The position numbers and the translations under genes were made by a program. Positions 19,767-27,465 of a DNA stretch of 64,000 nt are shown piece after piece. Where the stretch lies: the NCBI GenBank assembly GCA_965215185.1, contig OZ244034.1, positions 288,001-352,000 of the forward strand. Reading direction: 5' to 3'. The DNA comes from Acidimicrobiia bacterium (GTDB taxonomy: Bacteria; Actinomycetota; Acidimicrobiia; Spongiisociales; ZC4RG35). Every line of letters begins with the position of its first letter. Positions within the stretch are counted from its first letter, which is position 1. The notes below the pieces were generated by a model. The model searched no databases. It was not told where the DNA came from and saw nothing but the letters and a program-made list of their open reading frames with translations.

Positions 19767-21965
19767 TTAGGAGGCTAGACGGGAGGCGTGGAGCCAGGCG
19801 TCGACGGTGTCGCGGTTGTCCGCGATCCATTCAGCGGCGTGGCGGCGGACGTCTTCCTCGGTGTTCTCCCCGAGGCCGTAGGCCACGTTCTGGAGGGTCA
19901 CGTCTACGGGATTGACCGTTACCAACTCGAACAACCGAGCGGCGGCCGGGTTGGCAGCCAGGAAGTCGTTGTTCCCGGTGACGCGGATATCAGCCGCGTC
20001 CCAGCCCAGGTTGCAGTTTTCGGTGGTGCACTGGTCACCAAGTGACTTCGGACCTTCTATCTGGGTGTCCGAGATCGCTCCGTCGTGAATGGACAGCCAT
20101 ACCGAGTTGTCGCCCGGACGCAGATCCTTCACATAGTGACTGGGCGCCCATGTGTAGACGAGGTAAGGTTCCCCGGCTGCATCACGAGCGATGGCATCGG
20201 CGATCAAGGCGTCATAGCCGCCAATGTCGAACTGTTCGACGTTGGTCCAGCCGGCGTTCGCGATCCACGAGTCGATGTTGACCCGGCAACCCCATCCTTC
20301 CGGACAACCCATTATCTGAAGGACGCCGTCGCCTGGTGAGACGTCAGCGGCTTCATAGGCGGCGAACTGGGCGGGATCGGACAGCAGGGCGTCGAGGGTG
20401 GTCACTCCGTTCTCTTCGGCGAATGCCTTGTTGGTGATCAGGCCCTGTACACCCGACCGGGGCATTTCGTAACCCAAGGTGGTGACATGTTCACTGACCA
20501 ACGAACCGTCAGGCATCGGAGCGGCCAGGAACTGGTTGTGGTTGGGGAACCACGAGTTGACCCAGAAGTCGAACTCGCCGTTGGCCATCGCCACAAAGGC
20601 GTTGGACGGCGCCAACTCCAGATCAGCTGGGTCAGACACGTCATAGCCCAACTCGGCCAGCAACGCCGCATAAATAGCGGCCTGCATATAACCGGTCGAC
20701 CAGTTAGCCCGCGCCATCATGGTCGACACATCCTCACCCGGAGTCATGTTGATCGGCTGTTGGGCGGCGTGGAGCCAGGCGTCGATGGTGTCGCGGTTGT
20801 CTGCGATCCATTCAGCGGCGTGGCGGCGGACGTCTTCCTCGGTGTTCTCCCCGAGGCTGTAGGCCACGTTTTGGAGGGTCACGTCTACGGGATTGATCGT
20901 TACCAATTCGAACAACCGAGCGGCGGCCGGGTTGGCAGCCAGGAAGTCGTTGTTCCCGGTGACGCGGATATCAGCCGCGTCCCAGCCCAGGTTGCAGTTT
21001 TCGGTGGTGCACTGGTCACCAAGTGACTTGGGACCTTCTATCTGGGTGGGCGAGATCGCCTCGTCAGAGATGGAGAGCCATACCGAGTTGTCGCCCGGAC
21101 GGAGATCCTTCACGTAGTGGCTGGGCCCCCATGTGTAGACGAGGTAAGGTTCCCCGGCTGCATCACGAGCGATGGCATCGGCGATCAAGGCGTCATAGCC
21201 GCCAATGTCGAACTGCTCGACGTTGGTCCAGCCAGCGTTCTCGATCCACGAGTCGATGTTGACTCGGCAACCCCATCCTTCCGGACAACCCATTATTTGA
21301 AGGATGCCGTCGCCCGGCGAGACGTCAGCCGCTTCATACGCGGCGAACTGGGCGGGATCGGAGAGGAGAGCGTCGAGGGTGGTTACCCCGTTCGCTTCGG
21401 CGAAGGCCTTGTTGGTGATCAGTCCCTGTACACCGGACCGGCGCATCTCGTAACCCAAGGTGGTGACGTGTTCACTGACCAATGAACCATCGGGCATCGG
21501 AGCGGCCAGGAACTGGTTGTGGTTGGGGAACCAGGAGCTGACCCAGAAGTCGAACTCGCCGTTGGCCATCGCCACGAAGGCGTTGGATGGCGCCAGCTCC
21601 AGATCAGCTGGGTCAGACACGTCATAGCCAAACTCGGCCAGCAACGCCGCGTAAATAGCGGCCTGCATATAACTGGTCGACCAGTTAGCCCGCGCCATCG
21701 TCACCGACACACCCTCACCCGGGAGCGCCATGTCGTCCATGTCGTCCATGTCGTCGGTGTCGTCGGTGTCGTCGGTGTCGTCGGTGTCGTCCATGTCGTC
21801 GGTGTCGTCCATGGTGTCGTCGGCCGTGTCAGCCGGGGCGGTGGTCGCCGTGGGTTCCTCAGGCGCCACTGTTGCATCGTCCCCGTCGCCTCCGCATGCC
21901 GCCGCTAAAAGCGCCAGCACCGTAAGCAAGGCGATCAGATGCTTGAAGTGTGTTTTTTTCCTCAT
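19767..21965 (-). CDS. proX: Tandem two-domain ProX/OpuAC substrate-binding lipoprotein with acidic D/T/M repeat linker
   Basis: Lipobox LAAAC; two near-identical ~327-aa domains; AAGGAG RBS; follows proV-proW. Confidence 0.9.
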   Translation of the reverse strand: MRKKTHFKHLIALLTVLALLAAACGGDGDDATVAPEEPTATTAPADTADDTMDDTDDMDDTDDTDDTDDTDDMDDMDDMALPGEGVSVTMARANWSTSYMQAAIYAALLAEFGYDVSDPADLELAPSNAFVAMANGEFDFWVSSWFPNHNQFLAAPMPDGSLVSEHVTTLGYEMRRSGVQGLITNKAFAEANGVTTLDALLSDPAQFAAYEAADVSPGDGILQIMGCPEGWGCRVNIDSWIENAGWTNVEQFDIGGYDALIADAIARDAAGEPYLVYTWGPSHYVKDLRPGDNSVWLSISDEAISPTQIEGPKSLGDQCTTENCNLGWDAADIRVTGNNDFLAANPAAARLFELVTINPVDVTLQNVAYSLGENTEEDVRRHAAEWIADNRDTIDAWLHAAQQPINMTPGEDVSTMMARANWSTGYMQAAIYAALLAELGYDVSDPADLELAPSNAFVAMANGEFDFWVNSWFPNHNQFLAAPMPDGSLVSEHVTTLGYEMPRSGVQGLITNKAFAEENGVTTLDALLSDPAQFAAYEAADVSPGDGVLQIMGCPEGWGCRVNIDSWIANAGWTNVEQFDIGGYDALIADAIARDAAGEPYLVYTWAPSHYVKDLRPGDNSVWLSIHDGAISDTQIEGPKSLGDQCTTENCNLGWDAADIRVTGNNDFLAANPAAARLFELVTVNPVDVTLQNVAYGLGENTEEDVRRHAAEWIADNRDTVDAWLHASRLAS
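19786..21725. repeat. Intragenic tandem duplication, period 981 bp
   Basis: Matching segments offset by 981 nt (e.g. shadow ORFs at 20042 and 21023), with long exactly identical stretches. Confidence 0.92.
21729..21821. repeat. 9-bp tandem repeat (CAT/GGT)GTCGTC, 9 units plus a degenerate unit, encoding (DD[M/T])n
   Basis: Read directly from the sequence. Confidence 0.92.
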
Positions 21966-22069
21966 TCAGTTCTCCTTATTCCGTCGTTTTTCCTCGGTGT
22001 TCCTTAGTGTCTTGGAGAGTTCCCCTGACTATCCGTCCACCTCATAGCAATCAAGTCACTTTCTTTGGT

Positions 22070-24214
22070 CTATCTTCCTTTCGCTTCCACTTGGTCTATC
22101 AGCCCTGCGTCTCCGGCATAGATCTTGGTCCGTCGAAACTCTTTCACCACACCCCGCGAGGAGATGAGCAGGAAGAACCCTGCCAACAGGCACAGGAACG
22201 AACCGGGTCCGCTGACGAAATTGGGATCGGAAGATCGGACCAGCGCGGCGATCCAGCCAGCCGCGGCCAAAATCACTCCCACCCCCAACGCTGAGGAGGC
22301 TACACTCCACATCCAACGCCGCCGCTCGCCGCCGCCGAAAAGGCCAGCGGCCGGAAGGCTGAAGATGACGCCCACCAATCCCAACAAAAGGGTCAGGAGC
22401 CCCAGGCCGGGCCCCGCATCGGAGAAGCCGTCCGTGGCAACGGGATTCTTACGTTGCGCCTCGGCGACCAGGGTCGCAATGGTGATGGCATTCTGCCCAG
22501 CTATGGTCGTGTCTTGTCGGGCCTCCTGGTCCAATTGGTCAATCCTGGCCTGCAGTTCGGGGGTGATCACCGACTCTGTCCGGGCGTCCACAAACCACGG
22601 CGAAAGACCTGCAACCACCAGCACGCCCACGATGAACACGGAAATGACGATGCGGCTGATTGAGACGTTGATCTTCAGGGGACGAAGGGGGCTGTAGGGA
22701 GCGTTTCGTATCCATATCACCGCGCCAACGACGGTGATAACCCCGGCTGCCAATGCCACCCACACCCCGACCCCGTCCTGGTGGGAAATGGCCTCAAGGG
22801 GGGATCCGATCCACCGGTAGGCAACTGCGGAGATCAGCCCGCCCACGGCGAACAACAGGGCTCCATCGGCGCCGAACCACCGCGCGATCCGGCCAGGTCT
22901 CATCAGGGTGGTGAGGGCTGAGCCCAGCACCATGAGACTCATTCCCAGCACGGCGATGCCCAGAAAAGTGCCCCCTTCGGCGGCCAGCCCGTTGGCGCTC
23001 AAGCCTGCCAGGTCCAAGTCAGAGGCGCGTCCGTAACCTGAAATCAGTCCCGAATCCAGACTCCACGGCAGAAACACCGAGACGATCCCTAGGACCGCGC
23101 CGGCCAAGGCTATCAACACCCCGGTCCGCTCGGCGGCGCCCACCGGGGCGGGTCTTCCTTCAGAATCGGTGTCTGGTGCGGCAATATCGGTGTCTGCCTC
23201 GGCGTGGTCGTCTTCTTTTGCCAGCAGCGCCTGGGGATCGCTGCGGTGCGCCCATGCCCGATAGATGCGAGTGAACAGGTTGGCGCCCTCATCGGCTTCG
23301 GTCTGGGAGATACGATCCAGCACCACGGCCACAATGAACAAGGCCAGCCCCGCCGAGGCCGACAACGGGGTGTCGATATTCACTACCGCCCGGAACACCA
23401 GGAGGCCCAGCCCGGAAGCGCCCATGATGGCGGCGATGCCGATCATCGAAATGGATAGGAGAAGGGTCTGGTTGAGGCCGGTCATTATGGCGGCACGGGC
23501 CAGCGGTAGTTGTACGTCGAGCAGCACTCTCCACTCTGAAGCTCCATAGGCGCGGCTAGCCTCCACCACGTCAGCGGGGACTTGGCGGATGCCCAGGTTG
23601 GTGAGGCGTATCAGCGGCGGTATAGAGAACACCATGGTTACCATGGTTGCCGGCTCCGGTCCCAAGCCGAAAAAGAAGATGACGGGGATGATGTAGACGA
23701 AGGCGTGTACCACCTGCATGGCGTCGAGCGCTGGTCGCACCGCGTTCCACACCCCGTCGAAACGCCCGCACAGCACGCCCAGGGGGATGCCAACGATGGC
23801 GCAGATCACCACCGCCACCACGATCAGCCCGATGGTGATGGAGGTCTCCTCCCAGAAAGCGTTGCCCAGCAGTCCGCATACGGCCAGCAGCAGGGCCAGA
23901 CCCACCCCCACCTTGAAGGTGCGGGTGATGGTTGCCACCACCAGCACTCCGGCGCACACCAGCACCCACGGCATGTCGGTGATTTCCCACCACGGGTGGT
24001 ATTCGTGGCTGACCACGAAGTTGCGGAACAGGAATGTAAACGGCCATTCTATGACATCGAGCAGGGTTTCCAGGTTGGCGACTATCCACGACACCATCTC
24101 ATCGATCCAAGACCCGAAAGGGATCTCCCATGAGTCGAGGAACGCGTTGTCCCAAAAACGCAGGGGAGCCTCTGTCTCCGAGGTCTGGGCGAGGAAGGAT
24201 CCCTGGGCGCTCAC
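22070..24214 (-). CDS. proW: ProW/OpuAB permease fused to an extra C-terminal multi-TM region
   Basis: RPALDAMQ, IRLTNLGIRQV, EASRAYGAS and GLNQT core, followed by ~400 extra aa with about 8 hydrophobic segments. Confidence 0.88.
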   Translation of the reverse strand: MSAQGSFLAQTSETEAPLRFWDNAFLDSWEIPFGSWIDEMVSWIVANLETLLDVIEWPFTFLFRNFVVSHEYHPWWEITDMPWVLVCAGVLVVATITRTFKVGVGLALLLAVCGLLGNAFWEETSITIGLIVVAVVICAIVGIPLGVLCGRFDGVWNAVRPALDAMQVVHAFVYIIPVIFFFGLGPEPATMVTMVFSIPPLIRLTNLGIRQVPADVVEASRAYGASEWRVLLDVQLPLARAAIMTGLNQTLLLSISMIGIAAIMGASGLGLLVFRAVVNIDTPLSASAGLALFIVAVVLDRISQTEADEGANLFTRIYRAWAHRSDPQALLAKEDDHAEADTDIAAPDTDSEGRPAPVGAAERTGVLIALAGAVLGIVSVFLPWSLDSGLISGYGRASDLDLAGLSANGLAAEGGTFLGIAVLGMSLMVLGSALTTLMRPGRIARWFGADGALLFAVGGLISAVAYRWIGSPLEAISHQDGVGVWVALAAGVITVVGAVIWIRNAPYSPLRPLKINVSISRIVISVFIVGVLVVAGLSPWFVDARTESVITPELQARIDQLDQEARQDTTIAGQNAITIATLVAEAQRKNPVATDGFSDAGPGLGLLTLLLGLVGVIFSLPAAGLFGGGERRRWMWSVASSALGVGVILAAAGWIAALVRSSDPNFVSGPGSFLCLLAGFFLLISSRGVVKEFRRTKIYAGDAGLIDQVEAKGR

Positions 24215-25434
24215 ATGAACACCTCGCGCTCGTAGTTGTCGATGAGCTGTTCGACTCTACCCATCTCCTCCATTATTCTTCGGGGGTCGAGGTTGCCAAT
24301 CAGCCTGCCCTTGGTATCAACCACCGCCATGGGCAAGCCGCGGCCCGCCGCCGCGTAAGCATCGTTCAGGTGAGTTTCCGACGCAACGGTATCGAAGTCT
24401 TGGCGCAGCGCCGGGTTCAGCTCGGTCGTCCCCATGCCGGCGGCTCTCAGTCCGTCTCCAATGGTCAGAAGGTGGGTGGGCCGTCCTTTATCGTCCACCG
24501 CAAAGGCCCCGGCGTGTTCATCTATGTGGGTGATGGCTGCAGGCAGAGACATGCTTAGGTTGATGGCGTTAGGAGGGTCCATTACCTCGTCGACTTTGAT
24601 CACTCTGCCCTGATCGACATCCTGGACAAACTCGGCGACGTAGCCGGTGGCTGGCTTGGTGAGTATCTCATCCGGGGTTCCTATCTGAACCACTGCGCCG
24701 TCTTTCATGATGCACACTCGGTCACCGATGCGCAATGCCTCGTTCAGGTCGTGGGTGATGAACAGGATCGTCTTGCGAAGCTCGTTTTGGATCTCCATCA
24801 TCTCATCCTGCATCTGGCGCCGAATAAGGGGATCCAGGGCGGAGAAGGCTTCGTCCATCAGCAGGATGTCGGGATCGGAGGCCAGGGCCCGGGCTAATCC
24901 CACCCGCTGCTGCATCCCGCCGGACAGTTCCCTGGGGTAGTAGTTTGCGTAAGCCTTCAGCCCTACCAGGGATAGGGCCCTCATTGCGGCGGCATCTCTC
25001 TCCGTTCGAGGAGTTTTCTGTATCTTGAGCCCGTACCCGACATTTTCGATGACGCTCCGGTGGGGGAACAGGGCAAAGTGTTGAAACACCATGCCCATCT
25101 TCTCCCGCCTGAAGGTTTGTAGCTCTCTACCGTCGAGGCTCTGCACGTCTGTTCCGGCTACCCAAACGTGCCCGGAGGTGGCTGTGAAGAGCTTGTTCAC
25201 GGTACGCAGGGCGGTGGACTTACCGGACCCGGACAGGCCCATCACCACGAAAATCTCGCCTTGCTGAACAGAGAAATTCACATTGTTGAGACCGACAACA
25301 TGACCGGAGTGACGCAATACCTCTTCCTTGGTGAGGCCTGACTTGGTCAGTTCGAATGCTCTTCCAGTGGGCTGGGGCCCGAATATCTTGTATACGTTCT
25401 CCAGGCGGATCAGCCCGTCAGATGTGGCGGTCAT
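24211..25434 (-). CDS. proV: Glycine betaine ABC ATP-binding protein with CBS domains
   Basis: MGLSGSGKST, LSGGMQQRVGLARALA, MDEAFSALDPLIR. Confidence 0.95.
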   Translation of the reverse strand: MTATSDGLIRLENVYKIFGPQPTGRAFELTKSGLTKEEVLRHSGHVVGLNNVNFSVQQGEIFVVMGLSGSGKSTALRTVNKLFTATSGHVWVAGTDVQSLDGRELQTFRREKMGMVFQHFALFPHRSVIENVGYGLKIQKTPRTERDAAAMRALSLVGLKAYANYYPRELSGGMQQRVGLARALASDPDILLMDEAFSALDPLIRRQMQDEMMEIQNELRKTILFITHDLNEALRIGDRVCIMKDGAVVQIGTPDEILTKPATGYVAEFVQDVDQGRVIKVDEVMDPPNAINLSMSLPAAITHIDEHAGAFAVDDKGRPTHLLTIGDGLRAAGMGTTELNPALRQDFDTVASETHLNDAYAAAGRGLPMAVVDTKGRLIGNLDPRRIMEEMGRVEQLIDNYEREVFM

Positions 25435-25728
25435 GTGACTCCTTCCGGTCCACTATCGATTAGCAAAGCACGAACCGTGCGGCCTGAGGTGCAGACCCTT
25501 ACCGCTGACTAGATTTGTCACAAGGCTGCCTACTTCACAGATCTCCCTGACGTGCAAGTCAAATAAGCCGTCAACGAAGGGACTGGAGATATTCATACTT
25601 GTCTTAAAGTTAACAGATTGTCAACTATAGAGTTCTGAAAAGACGGAACTAAATAGTTCCACCTGGTGGAAATCAACGAAGGCGCCCGGTTCAGACCACT
25701 GGCCCCTGTGTTGTGGTCGTTGCCTAGG

Positions 25729-26706
25729 TCATGCTCTGCGGGCTTTGAGTTCGGAAATCACCGCCGCCAGAACCTCGTGAAGGTCCCCGATCACGGCGTA
25801 ATCTGCCTTGGTAACCAGGGGGGCCTCGGGGTCGGTGTTAATGGCCAGGATCTGCTTTGACGCCATGCAGCCCACCCAATGCTGGACGGCGCCGGAGATG
25901 CCGCAGGCAATGTAGAGATCAGGAGCGATCCGGGTGCCGGTTTGCCCGACTTGGTCCGAATGGGGCCTCCATCCGTTGTTGGTGGCGACGCGAGAGCATC
26001 CCACCACTCCTCCCAACAGGTCGGCCAACTCTTCGAGGATGGCGAAGTTTTCGGCGCTGCCCACGCCTCTTCCCCCGCTGACAACCACCGGGGCGGTGGC
26101 CAGGGTGATGCCCTCCGCCAGTTGGACCCGTTCCACCACCCGGGTGCGGGCGAGGTAGTCGGGGAGGTCGGGAACAAAGGTATTGGCCATCACCGGAGCG
26201 CCGAGCGCAGATTCCGGGGGTGAAAAGGCATGGGGTGCGATGGTCAGCAGTTTCCGAGATGAACAAAGCCGGGCTTTCTCCAAGAGACTCCCTCCCCATC
26301 TCACCCGGATCATTTGCCAGTCATCGCCCGGTTCTTGCGAGACCTGCACTATCTCGGCTACGTTGGCCATTAGGGGCTCGTCCAGCACCGCCGCGGTGTG
26401 AGCCATGACCTCGGCTCCACGATCGTCGCCCACTGACATCAGCACCGAGGCGCCGGTGCTGTTCACCAATTGCGCCAGTGCCTCGCCATAGGCTTCCGGC
26501 GCGTAGTCGGACAATATGGGATGGGAAACCACATATCCGGGCAGGCCCACCGATTCCAAAGCCGCTTGGCCGTCCTCGCCGATGGTCGCCACTTCCAAGA
26601 CGGCGCCCAGTGTCTCGGCCAGAGAAAGGGCCGGAGCGAGGACTTCGGGTCCGGAAACGGAGAACGATCCACGATCGTTGTCCAAGAACACCAGTATTCG
26701 GCTCAT
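25729..26706 (-). CDS. etfA: Electron transfer flavoprotein alpha subunit
   Basis: VVSGGRG, QVGQTG, YIACGISGAVQH, AINTDPEAP. Confidence 0.95.
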   Translation of the reverse strand: MSRILVFLDNDRGSFSVSGPEVLAPALSLAETLGAVLEVATIGEDGQAALESVGLPGYVVSHPILSDYAPEAYGEALAQLVNSTGASVLMSVGDDRGAEVMAHTAAVLDEPLMANVAEIVQVSQEPGDDWQMIRVRWGGSLLEKARLCSSRKLLTIAPHAFSPPESALGAPVMANTFVPDLPDYLARTRVVERVQLAEGITLATAPVVVSGGRGVGSAENFAILEELADLLGGVVGCSRVATNNGWRPHSDQVGQTGTRIAPDLYIACGISGAVQHWVGCMASKQILAINTDPEAPLVTKADYAVIGDLHEVLAAVISELKARRA

Positions 26707-27464
26707 ATCAGGCCCACTTCCTCCAGAAGCCGCACCACTTGGGGAGCAGCCTCGGTGCCATGGCCGAGAATCACTGTCTCCGTGACTTCCTCCGCCGGTT
26801 TCAGCAGGTGAACGATCTTCTGGCCTCCGGGTGTGATGTCGGCCGGAACATTCTCTATTTGCGCTCTCCTGGACTTGAGACGGCCGGGAAGGGTGGGATA
26901 GCGAGGCAGGGTGATGCCTTCCTTGGCCGCGGCCAAGGCCGGTAGGGGAAGGCGGTAGACCTCGAAGCCCCCGTCGGTTTCTCTGCGACCCACCATTTGC
27001 CCACCATCGATCTCTATTCCCTTCAGACCGCTGATAATGGGACGACCCAAAGCCCGCGCCACTCTGATTCCCACCTGATACCCACCGGAGTCGGCAGACT
27101 CATTGCCAAACAGGATCAGATCAAAGGGGGATTGGTTCTCAAGTGCCCTTATCGCTTCCACCAGGGCGGAAGCGGTGGCCTGTGGGTCCAATTCGGTGGT
27201 GTCGGCCGGTACCAATACCGCCTGATCGGCCCCGACCGAGATGGAGTAGCGCAGTTGTTCCACCGCCTCGGGCGGTCCCAGGGTGAGCACGGTGGTTGTT
27301 CCGCCGTGCTTTTCCTTCAACTGGACGGCGGCTTCCACTGCGCACTCCTCGTGAGGACTGGTGGTGAACCCGAGGTGTCGAGCGTCTATGGTCATCCCGT
27401 CGTCGGTGAGGACGATCCGGGCGCCGGGGGCGGGCACCCGTTTAACACACACCAGGATGTTCAT
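26703..27464 (-). CDS. etfB: Electron transfer flavoprotein beta subunit
   Basis: MNILVCVKRVP, AVEAAVQLKE, GNESAD, PRYPT. Confidence 0.95.
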   Translation of the reverse strand: MNILVCVKRVPAPGARIVLTDDGMTIDARHLGFTTSPHEECAVEAAVQLKEKHGGTTTVLTLGPPEAVEQLRYSISVGADQAVLVPADTTELDPQATASALVEAIRALENQSPFDLILFGNESADSGGYQVGIRVARALGRPIISGLKGIEIDGGQMVGRRETDGGFEVYRLPLPALAAAKEGITLPRYPTLPGRLKSRRAQIENVPADITPGGQKIVHLLKPAEEVTETVILGHGTEAAPQVVRLLEEVGLI

Positions 27465-27465
27465 C

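Noticed and set aside
19786-21821. Repeats as a CRISPR array or mobile element
   Set aside because: Both repeats are in-frame coding; there are no unique spacers and no cas or transposase genes
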